Origin: Escherichia coli
GTDB lineage: Bacteria > Pseudomonadota > Gammaproteobacteria > Enterobacterales > Enterobacteriaceae
DNA: 64,000 nt
Assembly: GCF_030384885.1 (NCBI RefSeq)
Contig: NZ_CP128613.1
Reading direction: 5' to 3' (one strand)
The translations under genes were made by a program, and so were the position numbers. Below, in pieces: positions 20,462 to 31,895 of this stretch. Below the pieces are notes generated by a model. The model was not told the DNA's origin. It worked only from the letters and a program-made list of their open reading frames with translations, and did not search any database. Every line of letters starts with the position of its first letter. The first letter of the stretch is position 1.

Positions 20462-21049
20462 ATGCCCAAATTGGGGATGCAGTCGATCCGGCGCAGACAA
20501 CTGATCGACGCCACGCTGGAAGCAATAAATGAAGTAGGTATGCACGATGCGACGATCGCGCAGATCGCCCGCCGGGCGGGCGTTTCCACCGGGATCATTA
20601 GCCACTATTTCAAAGATAAAAATGGTCTGCTGGAAGCAACCATGCGTGATATCACCAGCCAGCTGCGTGACGCGGTCTTGAACCGCTTACACGCGCTACC
20701 GGATGGCAGCCCTGAGCAGCGATTACAGGCGATTGTTGACGGAAATTTCGATGAGACTCAGGTCAGTAATGCTGCGATGAAAGCCTGGCTGGCGTTTTGG
20801 GCCAGCAGTATGCATCAGCCGATGCTTTACCGTTTGCAGCAGGTGAGCAGCCGCCGATTGTTGTCGAATCTGGTGAGCGAATTTCACCGCGAGTTACCGC
20901 GCAAAGAGGCACAGGAGGCAGGTTATGGCCTGGCCGCGCTGATTGACGGTTTATGGCTGCGCGCGGCATTGAGCGGTAAACCGCTGAATAAATCTCTCGC
21001 ACACTCGCTCACCCGCCACTTTATCACTCAGCATTTACCCACCGATTAA
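20462..21049 (+). CDS. betI: TetR-family repressor of the bet regulon
   Basis: Matches K-12 BetI (195 aa) from [11 protein letters not shown]. TetR-type HTH present. Confidence 0.93.
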   Translation: MPKLGMQSIRRRQLIDATLEAINEVGMHDATIAQIARRAGVSTGIISHYFKDKNGLLEATMRDITSQLRDAVLNRLHALPDGSPEQRLQAIVDGNFDETQVSNAAMKAWLAFWASSMHQPMLYRLQQVSSRRLLSNLVSEFHRELPRKEAQEAGYGLAALIDGLWLRAALSGKPLNKSLAHSLTRHFITQHLPTD

Positions 21050-21062
21050 CCGAGGAGACGTG

Positions 21063-22535
21063 ATGTCCCGAATGGCAGAACAGCAGCTTTATATACATGG
21101 TGGTTATACCTCCGCCACCAGCGGTCGCACCTTCGAGACCATTAACCCGGCCAACGGTAACGTGCTGGCGACCGTGCAGGCCGCCGGGCGCGAAGATGTC
21201 GATCGCGCCGTGAAGAGTGCCCAACAAGGGCAAAAAATCTGGGCGGCGATGACCGCCATGGAACGCTCGCGCATTCTGCGTCGAGCCGTTGATATTCTGC
21301 GCGAATGCAATGACGAACTCGCTAAACTGGAAACCCTCGACACCGGAAAAGCGTATTCAGAAACCTCAACCGTCGATATCGTTACCGGCGCGGACGTGCT
21401 CGAGTACTACGCCGGGCTGCTCCCGTCGCTGGAAGGCAGCCAGATCCCATTGCGTGAGACGTCATTTGTTTATACCCGCCGCGAACCGCTGGGCGTAGTG
21501 GCAGGGATTGGCGCATGGAACTACCCGATCCAGATTGCCTTGTGGAAATCCGCACCGGCGCTGGCGGCAGGCAACGCGATGATTTTCAAACCGAGCGAAG
21601 TCACCCCGCTTACCGCGTTAAAGCTGGCTGAAATCTACAGCGAAGCGGGCCTGCCGGACGGCGTATTTAACGTGTTGCCGGGCGTAGGTGCGGAAACCGG
21701 GCAGTATCTGACCGAGCATCCGGGCATCGCCAAAGTGTCGTTTACCGGCGGCGTCGCCAGCGGCAAAAAGGTGATGGCTAACGCGGCGGCCTCTTCCCTG
21801 AAAGAGGTGACCATGGAGCTGGGCGGTAAATCGCCGCTGATCGTTTTCGACGATGCAGACCTCGATCTCGCCGCCGATATCGCCATGATGGCGAACTTCT
21901 TTAGCTCCGGTCAGGTGTGTACCAATGGCACCCGCGTGTTTATTCCGGCGAAATACAAAGCCGCGTTTGAGCAGAAAATACTGGCGCGCGTTGAACGCAT
22001 TCGCGCGGGCGACGTTTTCGATCCGCAAACTAACTTCGGCCCGCTGGTCAGCTTCCCGCATCGCGATAACGTGCTGCGCTATATCGCCAAAGGCAAAGAG
22101 GAAGGTGCTCGGGTGCTCTGCGGCGGCGATGTGCTGAAGGGTGATGGCTTCGATAACGGCGCATGGGTTGCTCCGACCGTATTCACCGATTGCTGCGACG
22201 AAATGACTATCGTGCGCGAAGAGATCTTCGGCCCGGTGATGTCGCTCCTCACGTATGAGTCTGAAGACGAAGTGATTCGCCGCGCCAATGATACCGACTA
22301 CGGTCTGGCGGCGGGTATCGTCACGGCGGATCTGAACCGCGCGCATCGCGTCATTCATCAGCTGGAAGCCGGCATTTGCTGGATCAACACCTGGGGAGAA
22401 TCCCCGGCGGAGATGCCCGTTGGCGGTTACAAACACTCCGGCATTGGCCGTGAGAACGGCGTGATGACGCTCCAGAGTTATACCCAGGTGAAGTCCATCC
22501 AGGTTGAGATGGCTAAATTCCAGTCCATATTCTAA
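21063..22535 (+). CDS. betB: Betaine aldehyde dehydrogenase
   Basis: 490 aa from [10 protein letters not shown]. Aldehyde dehydrogenase motifs present (ELGGKSP, catalytic Cys in [13 protein letters not shown]). Confidence 0.95.
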   Translation: MSRMAEQQLYIHGGYTSATSGRTFETINPANGNVLATVQAAGREDVDRAVKSAQQGQKIWAAMTAMERSRILRRAVDILRECNDELAKLETLDTGKAYSETSTVDIVTGADVLEYYAGLLPSLEGSQIPLRETSFVYTRREPLGVVAGIGAWNYPIQIALWKSAPALAAGNAMIFKPSEVTPLTALKLAEIYSEAGLPDGVFNVLPGVGAETGQYLTEHPGIAKVSFTGGVASGKKVMANAAASSLKEVTMELGGKSPLIVFDDADLDLAADIAMMANFFSSGQVCTNGTRVFIPAKYKAAFEQKILARVERIRAGDVFDPQTNFGPLVSFPHRDNVLRYIAKGKEEGARVLCGGDVLKGDGFDNGAWVAPTVFTDCCDEMTIVREEIFGPVMSLLTYESEDEVIRRANDTDYGLAAGIVTADLNRAHRVIHQLEAGICWINTWGESPAEMPVGGYKHSGIGRENGVMTLQSYTQVKSIQVEMAKFQSIF

Positions 22536-22548
22536 CCAGGAGGTTTAT

Positions 22549-24237
22549 TTGCAATTTGACTACATCATTATTGGCGCCGGCTCTGCCGGCAACGTCCTCG
22601 CGACACGTCTGACTGAAGATCCGAACACTACCGTGCTGCTGCTTGAAGCGGGCGGCCCGGACTATCGCTTTGACTTCCGTACCCAAATGCCCGCTGCGCT
22701 GGCGTTCCCGCTACAGGGTAAACGCTATAACTGGGCGTATGAGACCGAGCCGGAACCGTTTATGAACAACCGTCGCATGGAGTGCGGACGCGGTAAGGGG
22801 CTTGGTGGATCATCATTGATCAACGGCATGTGTTACATCCGTGGTAACGCGCTGGATCTCGATAACTGGGCGAAAGAACCCGGTCTGGAGAACTGGAGCT
22901 ACCTCGACTGCCTGCCCTACTACCGCAAGGCCGAGACGCGCGATGTGGGCGAGAACGACTACCACGGCGCTGATGGCCCGGTAAGCGTGACCACCTCAAA
23001 ACCGGGTGTCAATCCGCTGTTTGAAGCGATGATTGAGGCGGGCGTGCAGGCGGGCTATCCGCGCACAGAAGACCTTAACGGTTATCAGCAGGAAGGTTTC
23101 GGCCCGATGGACCGCACCGTCACGCCGCAGGGCCGTCGCGCCAGCACCGCGCGGGGTTATCTCGATCAGGCTAAATCGCGCCCGAACCTGACTATTCGAA
23201 CTCACGCCATGACCGATCACATTATCTTTGACGGCAAACGCGCGGTAGGCGTCGAGTGGCTGGAAGGCGACAGCACCATCCCAACCCGCGCAACGGCCAA
23301 CAAAGAAGTGCTGTTATGTGCAGGCGCGATTGCCTCACCACAAATCCTGCAACGCTCCGGCGTCGGCAACGCTGAACTGCTGGCCGAATTTGATATTCCG
23401 CTGGTGCATGATTTGCCCGGCGTGGGCGAAAATCTTCAGGATCATCTGGAGATGTACCTGCAATACGAGTGCAAAGAACCGGTTTCCCTCTACCCTGCCC
23501 TGCAGTGGTGGAATCAGCCGAAAATCGGTGCGGAGTGGCTGTTTGGCGGCACCGGCGTGGGTGCCAGCAACCACTTTGAAGCAGGCGGATTTATTCGCAG
23601 CCGTGAGGAATTTGCGTGGCCGAATATTCAGTACCATTTCCTGCCAGTGGCGATTAACTATAACGGCTCGAACGCAGTGAAAGAGCACGGCTTCCAGTGC
23701 CATGTCGGATCGATGCGCTCGCCAAGCCGTGGGCATGTGCGGATTAAATCCCGCGACCCGCACCAGCATCCGGCGATTTTGTTTAACTACATGTCGCACG
23801 AACAGGACTGGCAGGAGTTCCGCGACGCGATTCGCATCACCCGCGAGATCATGCATCAACCGGCGCTGGATCAATACCGTGGCCGCGAAATCAGCCCCGG
23901 CGCGGAATGCCAGACAGATGAGCAGCTCGATGAGTTCGTGCGTAATCACGCCGAAACCGCCTTCCACCCATGCGGTACGTGCAAAATGGGGTACGACGAG
24001 ATGTCCGTTGTGGATGGCGAAGGCCGCGTGCACGGGCTGGAAGGATTACGCGTAGTCGATGCGTCAATTATGCCGCAGATTATCACCGGCAATCTGAACG
24101 CCACGACCATTATGATTGGCGAGAAAATGGCGGATATAATTCGCGGACGAGAAGCGTTGTCCAGAAGTCTGGCGGCGTATTTTGTGGCGAATGGGATGCC
24201 AGTAAGAGCGAAAAAACTGAATCGCGATTTGAACTAA
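22549..24237 (+). CDS. betA: Choline dehydrogenase (GMC oxidoreductase)
   Basis: TTG start preceded by CCAGGAGG, as I recall for K-12. FAD fold GAGSAGN present. The product is 562 aa here, about 6 residues longer at the C-terminus than my recollection of K-12 BetA. Confidence 0.93.
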   Translation: MQFDYIIIGAGSAGNVLATRLTEDPNTTVLLLEAGGPDYRFDFRTQMPAALAFPLQGKRYNWAYETEPEPFMNNRRMECGRGKGLGGSSLINGMCYIRGNALDLDNWAKEPGLENWSYLDCLPYYRKAETRDVGENDYHGADGPVSVTTSKPGVNPLFEAMIEAGVQAGYPRTEDLNGYQQEGFGPMDRTVTPQGRRASTARGYLDQAKSRPNLTIRTHAMTDHIIFDGKRAVGVEWLEGDSTIPTRATANKEVLLCAGAIASPQILQRSGVGNAELLAEFDIPLVHDLPGVGENLQDHLEMYLQYECKEPVSLYPALQWWNQPKIGAEWLFGGTGVGASNHFEAGGFIRSREEFAWPNIQYHFLPVAINYNGSNAVKEHGFQCHVGSMRSPSRGHVRIKSRDPHQHPAILFNYMSHEQDWQEFRDAIRITREIMHQPALDQYRGREISPGAECQTDEQLDEFVRNHAETAFHPCGTCKMGYDEMSVVDGEGRVHGLEGLRVVDASIMPQIITGNLNATTIMIGEKMADIIRGREALSRSLAAYFVANGMPVRAKKLNRDLN

Positions 24238-24433
24238 CGCAGGAACTTATAAGCTTGAGAGTTACCGTTCTACGATAAGGACCGAATCCTTATATAAAAA
24301 ACATAGGTAACTCTCATGCTTCATATCCAGTATTCATGATGCTGGTTTTTTGCTGATGTTTTTACCAGAATATTCCTGATACAGACTATTAATTCAAGCT
24401 TATCTGCGACAGATTTCATTTTCTGGATATATT

Positions 24434-24714
24434 ATGAGTGACAAATCAAACAGGATATCGATCTGATTGAAATTTTATTTTATCTGAAGAAAAAGATTCG
24501 TGTTATTCTGTTTATTATAGCTGTTTGTATGACAATGGTGCTATTATTTCTGTACATCAATAAAGACAATATAAAGCTGAGTTACAGCCTAAAAATAAAC
24601 CACACAACATCAGGCATACTTGTAAGCTGTGATAGCAATAATAACTTTGCCTGTCAGACCACAATGACTGAAGATGTTATTCAGCGAATTACGAGTTTTT
24701 TAGACCAGTACTAA
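24434..24714 (+). pseudogene. ykgH: ykgH remnant (5' frameshift and premature stop)
   Basis: The frame encoding QIKQDIDLIEILFYLKKKIRVILF... matches my recollection of the YkgH N-terminus. In this window it is preceded by an in-frame TGA, and the ATG at 24434 is in another frame and stops after 10 codons. The reading frame ends at 24714, far short of the roughly 220 aa of K-12 YkgH. Confidence 0.5.
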
Positions 24715-24870
24715 TGCTAAAAATTGCCTTGTCAAAAAAATGGTAGATGAATACAAACAAAACTCTGGGCAGTAATAAACAGCATTCTGACAGAGAGTGC
24801 CTGTATAAAGCTGAAGTGACAATGACCGGGAAGGGAGCCCGTCTTCAGGAAAGGATTCCTGTCTTTTTCA

Positions 24871-24911
24871 CTGTAAATATCCTGGCATTATTAATGTCAG
24901 GATATTTACAG
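24871..24911. other. Perfect 14-bp inverted repeat (CTGTAAATATCCTG-N13-CAGGATATTTACAG)
   Basis: Seen directly. It lies in the degenerate ykgH-ykgG spacer. It could be a hairpin, a terminator or a protein-binding site. Confidence 0.5.
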
Positions 24912-25017
24912 AAGAGGAGCATAACCATGACGGAACGGGGTTAAGTCAGGTTGTCCTTAACGCTATTCACAACCTCGTATACCGCCTTCAGGTTTATGTC
25001 CAGACTTCATATCTCTC

Positions 25018-25713
25018 TCAGCAATCCTCAATAATCAGATACACCGCTTTCACCGGACCATGAACCCCGACGACTTTGATAAGCTCAATGTCCGCCGTTG
25101 AACTGGGACCACTGATGATGTTAATACATGACGGCATTCGTTCACCGGCCTGCGCTTTCTGATGCAATTTTTCTGCGAGTTGCGCTACACGCGGCAGGAT
25201 TGTGCTTTTACGCAGGATAAAAAGAGAAGATTCCGGGAGCAGGCTCAATGAACGCCCGCGCCCGGCGGCGGAAAAAAGAACCACGCCTCCCGATTCGGTT
25301 AAACCATATTCAGCATACACTACGCCAACTTTAGCCTGCTCTGCTTGTGATATGTTCTCAATACCTTTCGCCGGATCCCAAACAACGGCATTGCATTCCT
25401 GCTGCAAACGTTCGCTAATCCCCAACTCCTCCAGCCTCGTGTCACCGCTAATCACGACCGACTGCTCTCCCAGCTCTTTACACAGACATATTGCAGCTTC
25501 TGCCGCCTTCGCCTCGCTGGTCAGTTCACAGCGCGTCAACATAACATCGCTGGCAAACTGGATAAACGCGTCACAGCGCTGCTGTTGGTTAAGTTCGGTA
25601 AGCCGCTCGTTAGCATAGTTGTTAAGCGGCGCATCTTCTGCTTGCGGTTCAAGTCGCTGCGGGCGACCCAGTGCCTGAGCAACGTTATTCAAAAATTCGC
25701 TCCGATTATCCAT
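25018..25713 (-). CDS. ykgG: LutC-like lactate utilisation protein
   Basis: Matches K-12 YkgG (231 aa) from MDNRSEFLNN. It overlaps the ykgF stop by 8 nt; the longer ORF-track start is unsupported. Confidence 0.88.
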   Translation of the reverse strand: MDNRSEFLNNVAQALGRPQRLEPQAEDAPLNNYANERLTELNQQQRCDAFIQFASDVMLTRCELTSEAKAAEAAICLCKELGEQSVVISGDTRLEELGISERLQQECNAVVWDPAKGIENISQAEQAKVGVVYAEYGLTESGGVVLFSAAGRGRSLSLLPESSLFILRKSTILPRVAQLAEKLHQKAQAGERMPSCINIISGPSSTADIELIKVVGVHGPVKAVYLIIEDC

Positions 25714-27133
25714 TCTTTTTCTCCTGCGCCTGATGTTTCTTAAACCAACTACGGAAACTCTCTCCGTCAGCTTCAGGAAGATCGCGTGCTTCCATCCAGT
25801 CGCTAATCGCGCCAAATTTGAGTGGTGTTTTGCCGCCATTGATAAACCAGCTTGCCGCATGAGCACCAGCCATCATCCCGACTTTCCACAATCCTGGATG
25901 ACTATTGGCATAAGCGAACATTTTTATCGCCCGTTGCTCTGCTTTTGCGGTGATCCCTTTTTCAGCCATCACCCGACGATGACGCAAAATCAGTTTTGAC
26001 AGAGGAATACGCACCGGACACACGCTGTCACAAGCCGTACATAAAGAGCAAGCGTAGGGTAAATCTTTAAAATCTTCATAGCCGCCAAGTAACGGGGAAA
26101 TCACCGCACCAATTGGCCCAGGATAAATAGAACCATATCCATGACCGCCAATATGGCGATATGCCGGACAGGTATTCATACAGGCTCCGCAGCGAATACA
26201 ACGCAGCACATCCCGAAATTCAGAGGCCAGCACCTCAGAACGCCCGTTATCGACAATAACCAGATGAAACTCTTCAGGACCATCAACGTGCCCCGCTTCG
26301 CGCGGTCCTGTCAGCCAGGTGTTGTATCCCGTCAAACGTGCACCAACGGCACTGCGCGCCAGCATGGTGATCAATACATCTACCTCGGCAAACGTGGGGG
26401 CAATACGCTCCATTCCCATCACGGCAATATGCGTTTTAGGCAGCGTGGTACACATTCGCGCATTACCTTCATTGGTCACCAGGCATACCGAACCGGTCTC
26501 TGCCACCGCGAAATTACAGCCGGTAATACCTATTTCAGCACTGAGGAAATCTTCGCGGATTTTTTGCCGAATGAATAAGGTCATCGCTTCAGGCGTTTCC
26601 GGCCCCTCATAACCCAGACGTTCGTGTAGCACTCGACGGATCTGATGGCGATCTTTATGAATTGCCGGGACCACAACATGAGAGGGCGGATCTTGATCCA
26701 GCTGGAGAATGTATTCACCCAGATCGGTTTCAATCACCTGAATACCAGCATCCTGCAACACATGATTGACACCAATCTCTTCGGTCACCATCGATTTAGA
26801 TTTCACCACCTTCCGGGCATTTTTGCGTTGGGCGACCTGTAAAATGTAGCGGGTGGCGTCTTCTTTAGTTTTTGCAAAATAGACGTGACCGCCGTTTTGC
26901 GTCACTTTTTCAGAGAGCTGGTACAGATAAGCGTCGAGATTACTCAGAACATGATCACGTATCTGGGCGGCCCGATCGCGCCACTCCTCCCAGTGCCCCA
27001 ATTCATCGACCATTTTTTGCCGATTTGCCCCAATACGCTGCTGCGCGTTTGCCACCGCTTTGCGCATGATCGGATCTTCAATTTGCTGACGGATGCGTGT
27101 CTTAAAATCTGTATTACTGGTTTTGATCGACAT
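25706..27133 (-). CDS. ykgF: LutB-like iron-sulfur lactate utilisation protein
   Basis: 475-aa ORF with two ferredoxin-type Cys clusters (CIRCGACMNTCP, CSLCTACDSVCP). Matches K-12 YkgF. Confidence 0.92.
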   Translation of the reverse strand: MSIKTSNTDFKTRIRQQIEDPIMRKAVANAQQRIGANRQKMVDELGHWEEWRDRAAQIRDHVLSNLDAYLYQLSEKVTQNGGHVYFAKTKEDATRYILQVAQRKNARKVVKSKSMVTEEIGVNHVLQDAGIQVIETDLGEYILQLDQDPPSHVVVPAIHKDRHQIRRVLHERLGYEGPETPEAMTLFIRQKIREDFLSAEIGITGCNFAVAETGSVCLVTNEGNARMCTTLPKTHIAVMGMERIAPTFAEVDVLITMLARSAVGARLTGYNTWLTGPREAGHVDGPEEFHLVIVDNGRSEVLASEFRDVLRCIRCGACMNTCPAYRHIGGHGYGSIYPGPIGAVISPLLGGYEDFKDLPYACSLCTACDSVCPVRIPLSKLILRHRRVMAEKGITAKAEQRAIKMFAYANSHPGLWKVGMMAGAHAASWFINGGKTPLKFGAISDWMEARDLPEADGESFRSWFKKHQAQEKKNG

Positions 27134-27143
27134 CTTTATATCC

Positions 27144-27863
27144 TCAGCGGCTCATCAGCACTTCAGCAATATGCATCACTTTGACTTTCTGCCCTTCCCG
27201 TTGTAATCGTCCACTGATGTTTAGCAGGCAACTCACGTCAGCACCAATTAAATACTCAGGGCGGACTTCCATCAGGTGCACAACCTTTTCTTTCACCATC
27301 TCGCCGGATATTTCGGCCATTTTGACCGAGAACGTGCCGCCAAATCCGCAGCAGGTATCCTGTTCAGCAAAGGTCAACAGCTCCAGTCCACGCACATTTT
27401 TCAGCAGCGTAAGTGGCTCGTCCTTCACCCCCAGCTTACGGGCCAGGCTACAAGATGGGTGATACACCGCTCTCCCTTGCAAACTGGCACCTACATCGAC
27501 TACCCCTAATGTATTAACAATAAAAGAGGTGAGATCCTGCATACGCGCGGCAACCTTTTCGGCACGTGATGCCCATTCAGGCTCATCCGCCAGATACGTT
27601 GGGTAACTTTTTACGGCATAGGTACAGGAGCCAGCCGGTGAAATAATGGGATCGTCGTTATCCTCCAGTGCGGCGATCAGATTTTTCATCCCTGGAATCG
27701 CTTCTTTGATATAACCACTATTGATCGCAGGCTGACCGCAGCATCCCTGTTTCTCCGGGAAATTTACGCGACAGCCGAGTTTTTCCAGTAGCAGCACGGA
27801 GTCTCGTGCCATTCTTGATTTCAGGGCGTCACCAATACAGGTGACAAAGAAATTGACATTCAC
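27144..27863 (-). CDS. ykgE: LutA-like Cys-rich (CCG-domain) oxidoreductase subunit
   Basis: 239-aa ORF with CCG motifs (GCCGQP, TCCGFGG). Matches K-12 YkgE. Confidence 0.92.
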   Translation of the reverse strand: MNVNFFVTCIGDALKSRMARDSVLLLEKLGCRVNFPEKQGCCGQPAINSGYIKEAIPGMKNLIAALEDNDDPIISPAGSCTYAVKSYPTYLADEPEWASRAEKVAARMQDLTSFIVNTLGVVDVGASLQGRAVYHPSCSLARKLGVKDEPLTLLKNVRGLELLTFAEQDTCCGFGGTFSVKMAEISGEMVKEKVVHLMEVRPEYLIGADVSCLLNISGRLQREGQKVKVMHIAEVLMSR

Positions 27864-28380
27864 AACTAATACTCCATTACTTCATGCCCATTTATGCCCG
27901 ATGGTTCCCCCCACCAGGGGATCAATCATCAATAAATATGGCGTTCTTTTTTAATTGGCTAGCAACATACCACCCCTCATTTGTATGACAAATGATAATC
28001 TTTCATCCAAACTTCAAATGCAATAACTAATTTTATTTCTTTCGGCATCGCTCACATTTTATAGGGAAATCGACGATCATTTTTGGCATAAGAAATTCAT
28101 TTAAAAAGGCCACATCCCTTATACCTATTCAGAGCTACTTATTCAGGGGTTGTTGAGATATACAATGATGGTGTACTAACAAAATCACCGGCAATAATCA
28201 GGTATCAAGTAATAGTCGGTATTTTATTTAATTAAAGCAATTTAGTTTGCGTTTTTATTTAGATACTGGGCCAGCATTCTTCAAAAAAACATATAAAACA
28301 CTGTTGGAAATAGAAATAGTTGAAAGGCTCACAACACCCGGAATGCTGATTATCTTTGCTCCGATTCCTGGCGGTTTTAT

Positions 28381-29235
28381 TCAGGGTGCAAGCTGTCTGA
28401 CCCTTTCCCGATATTCTCCCGGGGTACAACCAAACTCGCGGACAAACGCCTTGTGAAAAGATGATTCACTGGCATAGCCTACTGACTCAGCAATCACCAC
28501 AACAGGGAACGTTTCCCGGGAAAACATCTGGGCCGCTATTTGTAGACGCAACTTTGTTAATACAGCCAGCGGCGTGGTTCCGGAAACATCACGGAAAAGC
28601 TGGGCAAAACTTGCCCGGGACATGTGGGCGATGCTGGCCAGCGATTCGACGGTCCAGGCGTGTCCTGGCATTTCCAGCATTTGCTGTATTACCGCACCAA
28701 GACGTGGATGCAGAAGCAAACTGAGAATGTTTTTCTCAGTATTAACCTGTGCAATCCACTCACGCACCGCGAGGGTAAAGAATGTAGCGCAGATCTGGCT
28801 ACACAGTGCATCCACTCCCGGCATTGCCGATTTGGACTCCTGTTGTAAAAACGGGATCGCCTCCCTCAGCCAGTTATATTCCACGCTGTGGTTAACCGGT
28901 GCTAAAAACAGCGTTTCCGGCAAAGACGTTAAAAAATAACGCGCCGAATGTTGCAGCCGAAGAGTGCCGCAGACAATACAGGTCGATTCATTATCGACAT
29001 GACTCAGGCGATGAGCTGAATTTTGTGGTAGCAGGACCACATTTCCCGGGCGTAATGTAAAAATCTCCCCCGTCGGCATTTCCAGCTTCGCCGCTCCTTG
29101 CGTTAACGCATGCCAACGAATAACCGATAATTCCCCGGCACCATGTGGAAGCTGCCAGTCACTTCCTAACACGCAATTCTTATCGATCGTTCCTTGTGGA
29201 GCGTTAAGCATCAACAAACGGCTAAGGGCATCCAT
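28381..29235 (-). CDS. rclR: AraC-family reactive-chlorine-responsive activator
   Basis: 284-aa ORF matching K-12 RclR (YkgD), with a C-terminal AraC HTH. Divergent from rclABC. Confidence 0.92.
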   Translation of the reverse strand: MDALSRLLMLNAPQGTIDKNCVLGSDWQLPHGAGELSVIRWHALTQGAAKLEMPTGEIFTLRPGNVVLLPQNSAHRLSHVDNESTCIVCGTLRLQHSARYFLTSLPETLFLAPVNHSVEYNWLREAIPFLQQESKSAMPGVDALCSQICATFFTLAVREWIAQVNTEKNILSLLLHPRLGAVIQQMLEMPGHAWTVESLASIAHMSRASFAQLFRDVSGTTPLAVLTKLRLQIAAQMFSRETFPVVVIAESVGYASESSFHKAFVREFGCTPGEYRERVRQLAP

Positions 29236-29460
29236 ATCAGACTCCTGAGTGGTTTTTGATTACAAACACCAACAATCTTAGACAATAATTAATCTAATAC
29301 CATCAAATGGTTAATCATGATTTTTGTTTTGTGATTCTGATTAAGAAAAAGAAAATACCAGACGATAAGACAAAATATCAAGCGTTGTGAAGAAATGTTA
29401 ATTGCTCTTTTGCGTCTATAGTCATGATGTCAAATGAACGCGTTTCGACAGGAAATCATC

Positions 29461-30786
29461 ATGAATAAATATCAGGCAGTTATTATTGGTTTTGGCAAGG
29501 CTGGAAAAACATTAGCCGTCACGCTGGCAAAAGCAGGTTGGCGTGTGGCTCTCATCGAACAATCAAATGCAATGTATGGCGGGACCTGTATTAATATCGG
29601 CTGTATCCCAACCAAAACATTGGTTCATGACGCACAGCAGCACACAGATTTTGTCCGTGCCATACAGCGTAAAAATGAAGTGGTTAATTTTTTACGTAAT
29701 AAGAATTTTCATAATCTTGCGGATATGCCCAATATCGACGTGATCGACGGCCAGGCGGAGTTTATCAATAATCATAGCCTGCGTGTTCATCGGCCTGGGG
29801 GAAATCTGGAGATTCATGGCGAGAAAATTTTTATTAATACCGGTGCACAAGCCGTGGTTCCGCCAATTCCTGGAATTACCACCACGCCTGGTGTATATGA
29901 CAGCACCGGATTACTTAATCTAAAAGAATTGCCTGGGCATTTAGGTATTTTGGGCGGCGGATATATTGGCGTTGAGTTCGCCTCTATGTTCGCTAATTTT
30001 GGCAGCAAAGTAACCATTTTAGAGGCAACTTCGCTGTTTTTGCCTCGGGAAGATCGGGATATTGCTGATAATATCGCGACGATTTTACGCGATCAGGGCG
30101 TCGATATTATCCTCAATACCCATGTGGAGCGAATCAATCACCATGAAAATCAAGTGCAAGTGCATAGCGATCACGCCCAACTGGCGGTGGATGCACTGTT
30201 AATAGCTTCCGGTCGTCAACCGGCTACCGCTTCGTTACATCCAGAAAATGCAGGTATCGCAGTAAACGAACGTGGGGCAATTGTCGTTGACAAGCAATTA
30301 CATACCACCGCAGACAATATTTGGGCGATGGGAGATGTTACCGGCGGGCTGCAATTTACTTACATTTCACTGGATGATTACCGCATTGTGCGTGATGAAT
30401 TGCTGGGAGAAGGCAGACGTAGTACTGATGATCGGAAAAATGTGCCTTATTCCGTATTCATGACACCGCCACTGTCCAGGGTTGGTATGACAGAAGAACA
30501 AGCCAGAGAGAGTGGTGCAGATATTCAGGTGGTGACATTGCCTGTAGCTGCAATTCCGCGCGCAAGAGTGATGAACGATACCCGTGGGGTATTAAAAGCG
30601 ATTGTTGATAATAAAACCCAACGTATATTAGGGGCATCACTGCTGTGTGTTGACTCCCACGAGATGATCAATATAGTAAAAATGGTGATGGATGCCGGGC
30701 TGCCTTATAGCATATTACGCGATCAGATATTTACTCATCCGTCGATGAGCGAATCACTCAATGATCTATTTTCATTAGTCAAATAA
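29461..30786 (+). CDS. rclA: Pyridine nucleotide-disulfide oxidoreductase RclA
   Basis: 441 aa from MNKYQAVIIGFGKAG. Redox-active GGTCINIGCIP motif present. Matches K-12 RclA. Confidence 0.93.
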   Translation: MNKYQAVIIGFGKAGKTLAVTLAKAGWRVALIEQSNAMYGGTCINIGCIPTKTLVHDAQQHTDFVRAIQRKNEVVNFLRNKNFHNLADMPNIDVIDGQAEFINNHSLRVHRPGGNLEIHGEKIFINTGAQAVVPPIPGITTTPGVYDSTGLLNLKELPGHLGILGGGYIGVEFASMFANFGSKVTILEATSLFLPREDRDIADNIATILRDQGVDIILNTHVERINHHENQVQVHSDHAQLAVDALLIASGRQPATASLHPENAGIAVNERGAIVVDKQLHTTADNIWAMGDVTGGLQFTYISLDDYRIVRDELLGEGRRSTDDRKNVPYSVFMTPPLSRVGMTEEQARESGADIQVVTLPVAAIPRARVMNDTRGVLKAIVDNKTQRILGASLLCVDSHEMINIVKMVMDAGLPYSILRDQIFTHPSMSESLNDLFSLVK

Positions 30787-30796
30787 ACTCAAAATC

Positions 30797-30824
30797 AGAC
30801 GCCAGGACAAATATTCTGGCGTCT
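30797..30824 (+). terminator. Hairpin between rclA and rclB (AGACGCCAG-N10-CTGGCGTCT)
   Basis: A 9-bp perfect stem starts 11 nt after the rclA stop. No strong U-tract follows, so it may be an attenuator or stabiliser rather than a full terminator. Confidence 0.35.
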
Positions 30825-30894
30825 CAGAGAAAAGAATCTTATTAATTCCTTGTTATTATATAACTTCTTAATCACTTCATTGATGGTATTTTAT

Positions 30895-31131
30895 ATGTTT
30901 AAAAAACCTGTTTTATTTGCAACACTATTATCTGGCGTTATGGCATTTTCCACCAATGCAGATGATAAAATAATTCTGAAACATATCAGCGTCTCGTCAG
31001 TATCAGCATCACCGACAGTTCTGGAGGATGCCATTGCTGATATAGCCAGAAAATATAATGCTTCATCCTGGAAAGTCACATCGATGCGAATTGATAATAA
31101 TTCAACCGCAACAGCAGTATTGTATAAATAA
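30895..31131 (+). CDS. rclB: Periplasmic protein RclB
   Basis: 78 aa from MFKKPVLFATLL, with a signal peptide. Matches K-12 RclB (YkgI). Confidence 0.88.
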   Translation: MFKKPVLFATLLSGVMAFSTNADDKIILKHISVSSVSASPTVLEDAIADIARKYNASSWKVTSMRIDNNSTATAVLYK

Positions 31132-31142
31132 GGATGTTCACA

Positions 31143-31736
31143 ATGGAAAAATACCTGCACCTGTTAAGTCGGGGAGATAAAATTGGCCTGACATTGATTC
31201 GTCTGAGTATTGCGATTGTTTTTATGTGGATTGGGTTATTAAAGTTTGTCCCTTACGAGGCAGACAGCATTACACCATTCGTCGCAAACAGTCCACTAAT
31301 GTCGTTCTTTTATGAACACCCGGAAGACTATAAACAGTATCTGACTCACGAAGGCGAATACAAACCAGAAGCAAGGGCATGGCAATCGGCCAATAATACC
31401 TATGGTTTTTCCAACGGTCTTGGCGTCGTGGAGGTGATTATTGCTCTGCTGGTTTTGGCTAATCCTGTCAATCGCTGGTTAGGTTTATTGGGAGGGCTGA
31501 TGGCATTTACCACACCGTTGGTAACACTCTCATTTTTAATCACCACCCCGGAGGCATGGGTACCCGCATTGGGTGACGCTCATCATGGTTTCCCTTATTT
31601 ATCCGGTGCTGGTCGCTTGGTATTGAAAGATACTCTGATGCTGGCAGGTGCTGCCATGATAATGGCAGATTCGGCGCGGGAAATTCTTAAACAACGCAGT
31701 AATGAATCCAGTTCAACGTTAAAAACTGAATATTGA
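31143..31736 (+). CDS. rclC: Inner-membrane protein RclC
   Basis: 197 aa from MEKYLHLLSRGDK. Matches K-12 RclC (YkgB). Confidence 0.9.
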   Translation: MEKYLHLLSRGDKIGLTLIRLSIAIVFMWIGLLKFVPYEADSITPFVANSPLMSFFYEHPEDYKQYLTHEGEYKPEARAWQSANNTYGFSNGLGVVEVIIALLVLANPVNRWLGLLGGLMAFTTPLVTLSFLITTPEAWVPALGDAHHGFPYLSGAGRLVLKDTLMLAGAAMIMADSAREILKQRSNESSSTLKTEY

Positions 31737-31895
31737 TAATCCGAACACTGTCTGTTGTTCACTTTTTCAGGCGTCAGGCCCCCTTTCTGATGATGAAGCC
31801 TGACGCCATATTACCGGAGATATGACAGAGTGAAGATCAATATCACTCCCCTGTTAAAAGATTCTTGTCGTCTCAGGTAAAATACATGATTAATA

